Of a DNA stretch of 64,000 nt, positions 51,493 to 64,000 are shown in pieces (positions within the stretch are counted from its first letter, which is position 1; the number at the start of each line of letters is the position of its first letter). The position numbers were made by a program, and so were the translations under genes. The stretch spans positions 11,346,001-11,410,000 of the forward strand of contig CM120640.1 in NCBI GenBank assembly GCA_051362555.1. The letters run 5' to 3'. Source of the DNA: Lingula anatina. Its lineage: Eukaryota; Animalia; Brachiopoda. A model generated the notes under the pieces. It searched no databases. It saw only the letters and a list, made by a program, of their open reading frames with translations, and was not told where the DNA came from.

Positions 51493-51767
51493 TTCGTTTT
51501 TTTCTCGCTTTCTATGACTGTGAGTTGATTAGATCTAATTTTGTATAGTTAAAGAGAAGTCAGCAATGTCCGATAAATAGATCACACACACAAAAAGGAA
51601 TTTTATCTGTATTTGCGCAACTGTTCATCTTCGAGCCTCTGTGCTCTCCTCGTTTATTTCTTTTTAAACTTATGATTGTTTGAAGTTGAATGGAGAGTTG
51701 AGAAGAATCAACGGCGAATATGTCATTTAATTACTTAAAAAAGATCATCTGCTTTTTTTAGGTTGAC

Positions 51768-54141
51768 ATGGCCACTGTATGTGAAATTTTCTTGACTGAA
51801 GATGTCCAGCATCTGCTTTCTAACAAGTTTGTTGTGATCATCGGAGACTCTGGTAATCGTGATAAACCGTCAGTCATTGCAGCTCTTTGTAGTTTATGAG
51901 TCGACTTAGCAATAACAGAAATGTAGCATTTGGTCGTTTGTACACTTGTGCAGTTTGGACGGTCACTTCAAAGCTTACAGAGATGATCCAATAACAAGTT
52001 TGGCACATCGCAGACTAGAAGAGTGATTAATTGAAGCCAGTCTCCTGGATTGCAGACTAATGTTTGTTGTGATAGTAATTGAAGAGAATTTCCTCTTTAA
52101 AGCTCCATGAAGTCGTAAATAGTGGGTTTAAAATCCAGTTGAAGTCTGCCAACTCTTTATTTGTGTTGACAAAATTTTAAAGAATGGATGGTACATGATT
52201 CTTAGTGAAATAAAAAATGTACATGTGAGTAATGTATGATAAAATTTCCTACCTCAGTATTTGTGTTAAATCAAGCTTTTATATTAAGTGTTTCTATTTC
52301 AGTCCAAAGAGCTATATATAAAGATTTGGTTTTGTTGCTACAAGACCCAAGATACCTTCAGGAATGGCAGCTGAGAAAAAAAGTAAAAATTCCTACCTTG
52401 TATGGCCCCTGTCCCCATACTTCAAACACATCTCCAGCTCATGTCTTTCTAGTTTTCATTTTCATTCTCAGACCTTTATTATAAAGTAAATATGTAAAAT
52501 AAATGTTATTGGATATTTTGATACTCAGTGAGAGGGGAATCCTGAAATGATTAAATAGGCACTGGCATCACTACATGTTGTGAGGTGATTCTTAGCTATG
52601 TTTGTAGTAAGTATAAGTGACCTGATCATGTGGCTGATGGTAGTTGCCATAAATCATCTTAAATACTAATATATAATCTAAATTTGTTGAATTTTTTTCT
52701 TAGGGTGAATTTAGTCATGTTGATGACAAACTGATTGAAGGTGGACAAAAAGCAGTGATGAATAACAAGACAAACTATAAAGAAGTCCGCCAATACCAAA
52801 CAGACTACTTTCTGGTTAGATTCTACTTCACCACCCGTTGCTACAATGATTATGTTGAAAGTATTCTCAGAGATCTCGCAGAGGAACCCCAGCCTGATGT
52901 GGTCATTATGAACTCCTGCCTCTGGGATGTTACCAGGTGATTAATCTGCTGAATCCTCTTCTGTTTGGTCACAATAAAATTATTATTTAATAAACTGCTG
53001 ATTTCTTAAAAAGCTGCATGGAATTGAATATTACATTTAGTCATATCATCACAGGCTATATATTAGAGGGAGTGGAGTTTGTACATGTAAAATGATTGGC
53101 TTGTGAATATGGCTTAAGTTTAAATGTCAGAATGTGTATGCATTGATATCTTGATCTTTTAAACCAAAACTGTTGGTAACCATTAAAAGCAATGCTTTTA
53201 ACAAAGGTCAAAGAGTAGCAGAAGATTACAAGAGCTTGTATGGGAACAAAAAAGCAGGTCCAAATTAAAAATGTCTTGCTTTGCAGCATACAAAATCTCA
53301 TTGTCATAAATAATACACATTTCTCTTTCGTTACATCTTTTTTAGATATGGTCCATCTTCTGTGCCCAAGTATAAGGAAAATCTTATTGAGTTGTTCCAC
53401 AAATTTAAGAAAATACTGCCTGATGATGCTCTGGTAATTTGGAACACAGCATTGCCAATAGCCAACAATGCTCGTGGTGGTTTCCTTATCCCAGAGGTCG
53501 AATTCATGAATGACACCCTACGTCTTGATATCATGGAGGCCAATTACTATGCTAGGCAAGTGGCAGGTCATTATGGCTTTGATGTCCTAGATTTACACTA
53601 CTATTTTCGCCGTCAGATCCATCGTCGAGCCAAAGATGGTGTGCACTGGGACATGACGGCTCACAGACGTATTACAAACCTACTTCTCACCCACATTTCA
53701 GAAGCATGGGGTGTGGAACTGCCTGGACGGGTGCAGAAGTTGAAACTTGAGGCAGCAGCAGAGAAAAAGAATTCCCAGAGACAAAATGAGTCCCACAAGG
53801 ATGCCTCTGACTCTGGCTCCAATAGCAAGAGATATGCAGATAATCGCCACCAAAGAAGCAGGAGTGACACCTACAACAGGTCACATGATGGTGGGAGGAG
53901 AAGAACCCAAACATGGCAGCCACAGCAGAACAGTGTGCATCAGATTCCAGCCTTGATGGAGGTGGCATCACAGCAAACCGGAAACAACATGCAGCATACA
54001 GTGCATTTCAGTCAAAATTACAATCGCACTTACAATAAAAATTATGGAGGCAGTAAGCGCTGGCAACCATATAGTAGTAACAGTTCCAATCGACATGCAA
54101 GTCATTATAGTAGGGAACAGCAGAGCAATTACAAAAGATAA
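51768..54141 (+). CDS. PC-esterase domain protein (PCED1/FAM113-like) paralog B; 4 coding exons, 397 aa
   Basis: Exons 51768-51852, 52303-52382, 52704-52936, 53346-54141; 1194 nt. Motifs NKFVVIIGDS|VQRAIYKDLVLLLQ, YKEVRQY, VRFYFTTRCY, PDVVIMNSCLWDVTRYG, RGGFLIPE, FDVLDLHYYFR, DGVHWDMTAHRRITNLLLTHISEAWG. Probable non-coding exon ends at 51519 (GTGAGT); AATAAA near 54919 and 55066. Confidence 0.94.
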
Positions 54142-56077
54142 ATTTGATGATTTAAACCATGATGATTTAAATAACTGCTCACAGGTTCCCAGGTAAAATA
54201 TTTGATTGTAGGTATTTAGAAACTGAAAACCAAGATTGTTGATTAAACACCTAGAAAGTAATGGTAATGCACCATGTTAGTCTTGTTGCCATGACCTCTA
54301 CAAGTCTATTGTAAACTATCTTATCAATTGGTACCTTGTTTTGCACTTCAATAGTCCTCAATTCTAGATTCACTTCTTTCCATTTTTATGATTTCTGCAT
54401 GTTGACCTTGATCTATTTTGCTGAACACCAAGAATAACCCACCCACATAATGACAGAAGATGTATGATTTTATCACCATAAATAATTTTTGAAATGCATT
54501 CAAATGTGTAAATCATATATCACTGACATCTTATTGCAACACTGAAGGATTTAAAGTACAATTTTAATGTGCATTAAAAATTTTGATTAGAAAAAAAATG
54601 CCCAAACACAAATTTTTGTAGAGATTGATGTTACTCTTATCCAGGCTATGTGAAATTGCTTAATTTTCAGTGAGGTGTGGAAATAGAACTACAAGAGTCA
54701 TAAAATTTCTAAATGCTCATGCATGTAACCAATGTGGCTGGCATTGGTGTAAAGTATTCTGAGCAGATTAGTTCCTGGTAGTTTACAAATCTGTTATCCA
54801 TTTTTAGCAGGATTTACACTTCTTTTGTGAATGTATGTGATTGTATGGTAATCACAACCATTTCTTGGAAATGGACTGCATGTAATAACCACAACTTGCT
54901 ACACATACTGTTACTTTCAATAAAGGTAGGATGCTACATTAATGCATTAATGTTTTAGTTACTTATTTATGCCATTATCCTTTTTGCTTTTCTGAAACCA
55001 TTGATGTGCCCAAGTTTAGTTTTTTACTTTTGTATTATACATTATGTGAATACATTTAACACTTAAATAAAGTATGAAAACAACATAGAACCATGTTGTT
55101 TTGTTTGTCTATTCTTTTAGAATTTCTTTCAGAAATTTACATTAAAAAAATCCAAATGATTTGGCTAAAACTAAGTTAAAACAAAGACTTCAGAGTATAA
55201 GTTGGAAAGCAGTTTTATTTTTGGAAAGAAAATGCCATTTTAATGATGCCATATTGGGTCAGATATAATGACAGACTTGAAAGTTCATTGCAGCATGAAA
55301 GCTGACAGAATTTAACCAAAATGTGTTTATGGTAGTTTTCCCTGAACTTCTGTTGAAAATGGTATATTGCAAAACTGCAAAAACTATGTTTTGGGTGTCA
55401 CTTTCCTATTGTTTCTAAGAAAATATTTAATGCAGAGTTTCACCATTACCATGAAAATGGTTTTCATCACACATTGTTGACAACCTCCTTTTGGGCCATC
55501 TCAAATGACCATGACTGGAAAACCAGAAATAGCCCAGATACAAACAATGTAGATAATTTGGTTATTAATTATTAAGATCTGGATTGTTTAGACACTGGGT
55601 AGCTGTAAGTCCGCATGCATGTACATTGGTATCAGATCTTTTTACCATCATGTTAATATAATTCCGCCATCATCTATATCTGCATGCTCTTTACAGCCCT
55701 ACCAATCATACTACACAATAGTATGCAATATTTTAAGACCAACACATTTCACATATTTGTTTCGTAATAAAAGCTGAAGCTGAACATTTAATGGTAATGA
55801 CATTTAACTTTCTATATCGATTTGTAAATCCAAAAAACACATAGGAATAAAGTCTGATACAACTTATAGGACTACTTTAAGATATTTTTTTATGAAAACA
55901 CTGAATAATGTTTTGTTTTTGAGCAGTGACATTATACCAACTTTTTTGCTAAATCTGTCTCCCATTTTTTAAATTTTCTGTTGCAAAAAAAGTTCACAAT
56001 GACAGAAGCTTTGTTCTGTGTTAAATTACATAAATTAACTACGACATGCAATATCACTACTGAACAAGTCTACAATT

Positions 56078-59000
56078 TCAGCTGACAAACTTAGCATGAA
56101 TTTTCCTTAATTGATTTGGTAGCACACTGATTGGTATGGTATCTCCTTGGCCTGCAGTGGTAGGGAGTGTCACCCTGCCTATCATCTCTTTATCTTCAGT
56201 TTTTTCATGAAGCACCTGTAAAATATGTGACACAATTCTGAATCTAGCAGGAGGTAGAAAAATTAAAATATATAATTGTTCTTTATATGTCAAAATTAGT
56301 GATACTACAAATCTGCCAAATAAAGACTAAGGGCGCATTCCCATAGATTTCAGATCGATCTATCCCCGTGGGGAGTCTCACTAGATTACTGTCAGATAAT
56401 CCGGCTTAAATGTCCGTCCCACCTACTACAAGGTATAAGGGGGTAATTAACTTTCGTGCCCGCTCGGCTGACAGCTATTTAGTGTGAACCCCCAGGGAGT
56501 TAGGTCGATCTAGTTGGATCTGTTAATTTGACATGCTTTATCCTTGACATATGACCATTGTTTAATATGTGATATCAAAATTATAGTTACAAATATTCCC
56601 TCAGTGTTTCCAATTCTTTGTGCTAGAAAACTGAGTGAAGCTCACCTTGGCAAAAGATGGAGTGGGAAAGGCAGCAAAGTCGGTCCTGACCTGGCCTCCA
56701 TTTCTGTTGGCAGCCATTAGGTTAGTGACAGCTACCTGGAGCTGGAGAAGACAAATGCATTGAAAAGTATTACCCTGGTCAGGTATCACAAAGTTATTGT
56801 TATCATATTCCAAGTTTTAAGGAAATGGGAACAAAGTCTGAAGTTCACTGCAAATATAAATCCCACAACAAAGGTGAAGCTTTGAATCATATAGTTTATA
56901 AAGACACTGCAACGCCATCCACCCATTTTAAAACCCTTTTCTTGTCCTAAGTTATGATTACAAACCTCTAGAGTAGATCTCTGGAGTTGGTTCATTCTTG
57001 CTGCGTTTTCTAGCAGCTGGTTAGCAGGAGAAGCCTTGTCCAGCAGAGGCTCTTGGCCTGTAATATGTTTATAGTGCATCATTTCATTACTTATTTTCTT
57101 AAAAATACCACCCTTAGTTGAATAACATCATCATATAATTTTAATCAACTTTTGAAGTCATGCAAAATATATTCCTTTACAAGATGTTTAGTCAATCTTA
57201 TCAAGATAGTTATTAATGTATCACTTAGACATTTAAAAAGTGCAGATTTCTATGAATTATATGTTTGTGTACCTGGTTTTCTTTTGGAAATGTCAACTAC
57301 TGTAGGACAAGCACTCAAAGTCTGTAGCTCCTTTAAGAAAATGATATAATATTTAATATTCTATATATTTTGGCAGGCTTTGTTCTGAATTTGAATATTT
57401 AATCAAATAAAATTAATATGCAAATTGTAAATATAACAATATATAACTTTATGTGGTCCAGTAAATAATTATATCAATCAGTTTCATTTACGTACATGTA
57501 ACATAGCAGACGTCTTTTTACTCAGTCTGTTGAGAGACTCTATTCCATGAGCGCCCTCTGGTGCCTCTCCCATCTTGATGAGTCCAGTTGTACTGGCCAG
57601 GCCAACAGGTTTCTTGGGAACTCTGAGAGGAGGCAGGCTGGCCAACTGATCCTAAGAGAGAGAGAGAAGAAAATATTTGTAACACCATGAACCCAAATAA
57701 ATGACAACACTACTGAACAGAGGATAGTGATATTTTGTTCATGATATTTTCCACAAAATATACATTAGATTTGGAGATTGCCTGGCTGACTGGTTTTTGG
57801 TTTTGATAAAGTCAGCAAAACACAGAGCCTCAACAACCACCATATGAAGACATTTACCATCATTTTCTGTCCTTTCAGTCTGACATTTTCATTCTTCAGG
57901 TGCTTCAAGGCCATCTTCAAAGAATCTATCTCTTGCAGCAGAAGAGGAGAATCCCTGACAACTGCTGGTCCTGGGATGCCTGCAGTGGGGCTAGAGGGAC
58001 TGGTAGATCCTGAATCATATTTTAATTGACTAAACAAACCAAACCACAATAGAGCATGCAGTTCTATTTTTATGTGAATATTCATTCAAAGAAATGCATC
58101 AATGTACTAAATAATCACAATACAACTGCATAGCACAAATGGCGAAACTTGAAGGTGAACATTGCTTTTTTGGGTCTGAAATGAATGAGTGATAATTTCA
58201 AATAATTTACTCATTTGTATCATTTTTTCGTGTATTTTGATGATTTCAGGAGTTAATGAGAGAAGCTGGATTATTAACCAGGCACTGACATCACTGGTGC
58301 ATTGTAATGTGTATTACAGTAGTGACGCCACTAGTGTTTAGCACCCAAAAAGTGATATTTGCCTTTGAATTCATTTTTGTTTGTAATAATTTATCTTGCT
58401 TTAAAAGTTGTATTCAGAAATATTGAATAAGTACATGACATATAAGAAATATACAATTATTTTGTAAATTCACATATTATATTGAATAAAATACAAAGAA
58501 AGTGTACAATAATCTGGCAACAATATCCTTCAACCCTTTAGCTCTGTAAGAAAAGAAGCCAGTGGAGGTGGAAGCTGTAAGGTTGTGTAAAGCCCTTTTT
58601 TTCAACCCATCATAAGCCAACAAAGGAAAATACCATACCAACTGAGAGGTATAAAAACGGGACAGAAGCCAGCACCTGCTTTGCCATATAACTAAAACAT
58701 ATTTATACCATCTCACATTTCAAAGTTATAAAAGAGATTGCTTTGACAGCAAATGCCACCTGAGGTGAAATGATAATGCTGAACATATCAGTGCTTTGGA
58801 ACTTATAGTGGTTCCATCAAACCCATTCTTTAAAACATGAAATACAATGTGAAGAATAACTTGAGGATAAAAAAATATAAGAATACAGAATGGTTGGGAT
58901 GATTTTGTTCTGGAAGCTTTTAAGCCAAAAGCTGCTATGCAGGCAAAATGTTGAGATAAAGTGGGATACATGGTATGATGGGAGTTATGATTTAAGTTAG

Positions 59001-62000
59001 GAAAGATAAAAATGCTGAAACTTGAACGTCACTTTGGAAACATCAATTCATTTTATCTGTAGTGACAGTCATTCTCCTTGGGACAGTATTGCTCTACTCT
59101 CCTTTAGTTTATTTCAAACATCTCTTCCTTTTTCATAAATATGCTATTTAAGGCTAATCCACAGGCCATTGTGCCTTGTATCTTGTCAAATTATATCTTA
59201 TAAGACTATAAGTTCAAAAATCTGTTGGTCACATAACATTAAACCTGCAAGCAATTATGTGGCTAGACAGCAAAAAAAGGTGTTAAAGCTGTGTACAGTA
59301 CCTGTTGCACCTTGCACTTTTCGTAGAAGTTCTTAAAATTATAAAAATAGTATTGGTAACAAATTATTTTATAGAAGATAACCAAGTAAATAATTAGAGT
59401 TAGCATAATTATGTTAGTTTTATACATCCTCTTCACTATAATACATTATCTTAACTCTAAAAATCCTAATAACAGTGGTCAAAACACCACCTACCTGGTG
59501 ACCCCTGTGTGACCAGAGCAGCCACTCCAGACTGTTTGGCTAGCCCCTCTAAAAGTGTCTTTTTGGACAGGACCCTCAGCCTCTCCTTTAATTCAGCCTT
59601 CTCATTCTCCAATGCATCAATGTCAGCCTGAAGGGCATCCATGGTTTCCTCAAACTCCCTGAATTAAAATAAAGTTAACATTGGAACTGAACACTAGCTT
59701 TGACATGAAATCTGAAATAAAATGGAGACATGATATGTGAAATGAAATTTAATTTTTTTGTATGTGTTTATTAGTCTAGTGCATTAATATCTTCCTTAAA
59801 ATCTCATTTTTATAGCCAGAAGTATTCAATGTATTTACAGAGTTAAAAGAATAATCTATAGAATCTAAGAACATACATAAAAGTTTAAATTATTCATTTT
59901 AAGGCTATTATTAAAAACCTACTTTTCTTTCTTCTTCAACTGAGCATTTGCATCATCCAGCTTCCTCTGCAATTTTTCTATCTTCTCATTCCCATCCTTG
60001 GAGGCATTCTCCAGTTTCTTGTCCATCATGCCATAACGGATCTGTTGCTGACTCAACTCATCTTGCTACAAATTAATCCATTCATACTATGTACAGAACA
60101 AACATATCAGATTTTTTGTGGAACAGGCACAAATGTCTAATATTTGTAAAGATATAGTGCTTGGGGGATTTTTACCTAAATTAACAACAAAAAACTGTTC
60201 ATTTTAATAAGGAGTGCTGTGAGTTTGTTAACAGAAAAATCTGTGCATAGAAATTTTTTCTAGTAATGTATAGGAAAAACAAGGAAGATTCTATTATGAA
60301 GAGCTATTTTTTTTGAAAAATCATAAAAAGAATATAAAATCTTTGTATATTTAAATTTCATAAATTCTTTAAATGATAAGATTTCTGGTCTGTGTAAGCA
60401 AATTTGGTAAAATCAACCTTGAGTTTGAGCTGTTTCTTCAATTCCTTGATGTCTTCATCTTTGGCCTCTATCTTATACTTCAAATTCTCAGTGTCTGATA
60501 TTTCCCCCTTTACCTGATTGGCCCTTGTCATAACAGGGGGCATTGGCTGAAAGTTTAAGATGATATTTTTTTTATATACTTTTATATACACTGTGCTTTT
60601 ATATACACCTGTATATAACACTATATTCATTCAATTTTACAGAAAATGTACATACTTTGTGTGTGAAAAAATGTACATATGTGATTAAAAACATGTCTTA
60701 GGCCCCAAAAAAAACTAGTTTTGCTCTAAAATAATAAAGATATATACAATAAATCAATGATAAATTATAATATAACCTCTACTTCTTACCTTTGTGTCTG
60801 AAGTACCATCAAAATCATATTCTCCATTCTCCACTGCTTGAGCAACCTTGCTGACTACATCCACCACAGACTTGAATGATTTCCTAAAATAGGTTACAGC
60901 ATTAAATCACACTTCCATATGCAGAATGCCTTCTGTAGAACATATTTAAATATTAGTGAAATTTATCAATAAACCTTAAACCAGGAAGAGGGTAAAAGCT
61001 TCTAAGTAAATTTTTCCTGAGTTTAACACTTGTAGGAATCAATTCAGATTACAGCTGATAAGTAGCCATTCTCTATGATCACAAAAAAATTATTGCAGAA
61101 ATTTAGGATTCCATTAAAACTATAATAATATATAATAGTTATGTTTTTTTACTTATCAAACAACATAATGGTGTGAATCAATCAGTAAGTAAAAATATAC
61201 AGTGGGTATATGTGGGATATATTTAAACTGCCAAACTTTTAAATTTTAAATTTTTTCATTCAACCCACTGAAGAAATCTCTACTATTGAATTCTACCTCA
61301 GGCTTTCGGCTGGCCCTCCAGTGGCGCCACTGAACACTTTGTTGACTGACTGCTTGGAGATTTCTTCCATTTTCTTCACAGGCACACCATCACTGTCTAC
61401 AATACAGATAGAAAACCTGTGACATTTGTATTTATTTGGATATATATATATATTTCTTTTTTTTTCTTTAGGACAATCACAATTTTTCTCACCCTCTTTC
61501 CAATCTAAACTATCATATTATTAAATGTTAAATTAATTACTGTTTTCCTTGTGCATTTATATAATTATTACATTTAATAAATATTATGCTCTTTGTAATA
61601 CATGCTGAACAAACTTGTTTGTGAATTACATTTTGTCTCTTTTTGAAAAAAAATGCATATGTGTAAGTAGCTGCTAAACATGAAGCCTGATTTCAGACTC
61701 CAGTAACTAATGTAGCATTCATGAACAGGCAGAATTTCAAGGATTACAAAAATATCAACACTGCATCCTGTATCCCTCGGCAGCATGTTAGAAATGCTAA
61801 GACCTGGCAAATGAAGATTGTTTAATCTATATGCTAATGCAAAGACATATGTCTATGTAATACCTTTGCTAATGTAAAGATTTCATGAAAGCTAAAATCA
61901 TACAAAGACAATTAAGCTAAGCAGAATCCCAATGCATGGTATTTAGTACAGATCTCAACAAAAATAATGCAAAGGGCTTATTTCAATGCTAAAAAAGCCT

Positions 62001-63983
62001 TGGGCTGTTATTCCCCAATTTTTGGTGAAATAGCAATCCAGGGTTAAAAGTAAAGCAATCATGCTCAATAACAGAAAAAAAATGATAATTAAAATAAGTA
62101 AATAAAAATTAAATGTTAATATCTGCAAACATTAAATCAGTTAAGATCTGTCTGACTAGAACTTCACACATCAAACATTCTAAGATCAAATTGTTATTGT
62201 GAATGGAAAAATTAGTATAATGAAAACATCAATATCATTTTACAAAAAAAAAAAAAAAAAAAAAAAAAAGTTGAACTAACAACAGCACAATGAAGTCCAA
62301 CAGATAAGAAATCCACAATACATAAGCAGTAATTACTGCAGTTTCACAGACATTACAAAAAATGCACAGGCCTCCAAAGCTTAAAAGCAAAAGTATAACA
62401 AAAAAGGCAAGCTATGGATAAACAATAACCACTCAGCCAACCTTTCAGTGTGTGAAGGGCATGTCCTAGAATGCAAAATCATTAATGATCACAATACCAA
62501 TGATATGGAAGATATGTAAAACAACTAAAGCTATATTCCGCCCCAGACCTGACTCCTGGCAACACTGACTCTCAGAGTGGTATCATAAAACATTACCCAG
62601 ATTTATATGAAATTGTAACTGAGAGTGAGCCAACATGGAAAAAGCTTTTGGTCAATAAAACAATGCAATAAATGACAATCTTTCTGAGCTTTTTTAATGT
62701 CAAATAAAAACAGTGAAAGCAAAGAGTATCCTGAAAACATATCTTCAAAGCATAAATTTTTACGAGACAAAATTTATAATACAACAAGTTTTGTGGTGCA
62801 CTTTGGTAAAAATGCATGTATTTCAACAAGGAAGGAAGTATTTCATTCAACAAATGGTTATCCAATTGCACATCTTGGAGCATTTGAGATAAAAAAAGTG
62901 ATTTTGAATCTTGTGAAAACAGGCATCATATTGCATTTACTGATTTGATTTGATATATAACACAGACTTTTTAACACCTGCACAGCACAATTCCTACCTG
63001 TAATCAAGGCCACCTGTTTCATGGCCTCCCCTCCCATCAGATGGAGCACCTTCACAATATGATTCATATTCTTCCCACAGGCCAATATAGACTCCTGAAC
63101 CTAGATTTACATCACAAAAAATCAGTGTTTGCAGATAGGTAAAAAACCATACAACTTATACATTTGTGAAAATTAAACAAATGTAGGGCCCATCCACAAA
63201 ATTGTTGACATCTGACAATTAAGTAAAAAGATATCTCACATCCACAATGTAGGTACAAGACAAAGACATCTTAATCAAGTATACTATATTAACTGATTTC
63301 TGCTCCAAATTCAACATAGGATATTAAATGTTTGAATTAAATTAAATATATAATCAATGGAGACTGCACTTACCTCCTTTCCATATGAGAGTGGTGCACT
63401 CATGCTTTCTTGGGCCTGTTGTGGAACGCGACGCTTGATCTAGAGATAAAACATATAAAAACACTGACTTAGGTATTTTAAAAATCGTCACCTCCTTTAA
63501 AATGTAAAATGTAAAATAATTTTAAAACTGACCCAGTATTGTTCACTACCTTAAATATACACATTTAATATTCCACATAGTCTTACCTTTCTTGCAGCCA
63601 GTCTAGTATCATTGCAGTAGGATTCAAGATCTTTCAACAAAATGGAAATATCACTGGTTTCTTGTTTTGGCTGAAAAAAATATAGTAGTAAACTGCAGCA
63701 TGCTATCATATTAGCTAAATGCAAATACGTCACTTTTTCCCTTTTTGATTACATTACAGATGAAATAAAGTGCTCTATTAAAACTAAGTGTACCCTCGAT
63801 GCTAACACAAGAAGGATAATCATCATACCACCCTATGTAATAGACATTTACCTGTAGCAGTAGCTTGAGTCTGGTGATGTCTACACTGACACAGTCACAA
63901 GCATTGAGAATCTGCTTGACATGATCTGCCATCAGCACAGTCTGGTCAACCTTCTCCTGGGCCAGGTGAACACTATACAGGTG
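56078..63983 (-). CDS. DCTN1: Dynactin subunit 1 (p150Glued), 3' part; gene continues beyond the right edge
   Basis: Phase-consistent exons 63983-63852, 63670-63587, 63439-63374, 63100-62998, 61396-61297, 60883-60790, 60546-60418, 60065-59923, 59658-59495, 58009-57858, 57651-57496, 57330-57273, 57057-56966, 56741-56646, 56215-56078. Peptides [107 protein letters not shown]. Confidence 0.96.
56332..56512. mobile_element. MITE copy (inverted relative to 36634-36832), one end truncated
   Basis: Reverse-complement match across about 180 bp. Confidence 0.75.
58150..58370. mobile_element. Degenerate MITE in a DCTN1 intron
   Basis: Imperfect TIRs gaaggtgaacattgcttttttgggt / acccaaaaagtgatatttgcctttg and an internal palindrome at about 58283-58337. 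Confidence 0.45.
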
Positions 63984-64000
63984 CTAGAGTGGTAAACCAG

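Noticed and set aside
58500-58580. Possible additional DCTN1 alternative exon after cttacag acceptors
   Set aside because: The required phase-1 frame either meets a TGA or has no convincing in-phase donor.

Overview
AT-rich animal genomic DNA with GT-AG introns; gene and repeat content suggests an invertebrate, probably a lophotrochozoan such as a mollusc (inference). Seven protein-coding genes were reconstructed by hand: (1) first coding exon of a CocE/NonD-like hydrolase (-, runs off the left edge); (2) MRI1 (-, 5 exons, 366 aa); (3) a 483-aa chromatin reader (+, 8 exons) joining a KAT6-type WH1-WH2-double-PHD N-terminus to a SAMD1-type SAM domain, with no MYST domain; (4) an FMRFamide-receptor-like GPCR with an intronless CDS (-); (5, 6) two head-to-head PCED1/FAM113 SGNH paralogs with identical intron phases but unrelated disordered tails (929 aa on -, 397 aa on +); (7) the 3' part of DCTN1/p150Glued (-). 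The 16.7 kb between the PCED1 paralogs is a nest of Helentron/HINE-like elements with 337-, 161- and 146-bp internal arrays, hAT-like and MULE-like non-autonomous elements and a decayed spliced ORF. Best candidates for something new: the WH-WH-DPF-SAM protein next to MRI1; a twice-present, structure-conserving non-coding element at about 9.84 and 12.34 kb; the nuclear-looking PCED1 pair, one with a prion-like W/Q/G/Y repeat tail; and a possible MRI1-to-hydrolase read-through transcript. No database searches were possible. Names come from motif recognition and coordinates were counted by hand, so repeat ends may be off by a few bases.
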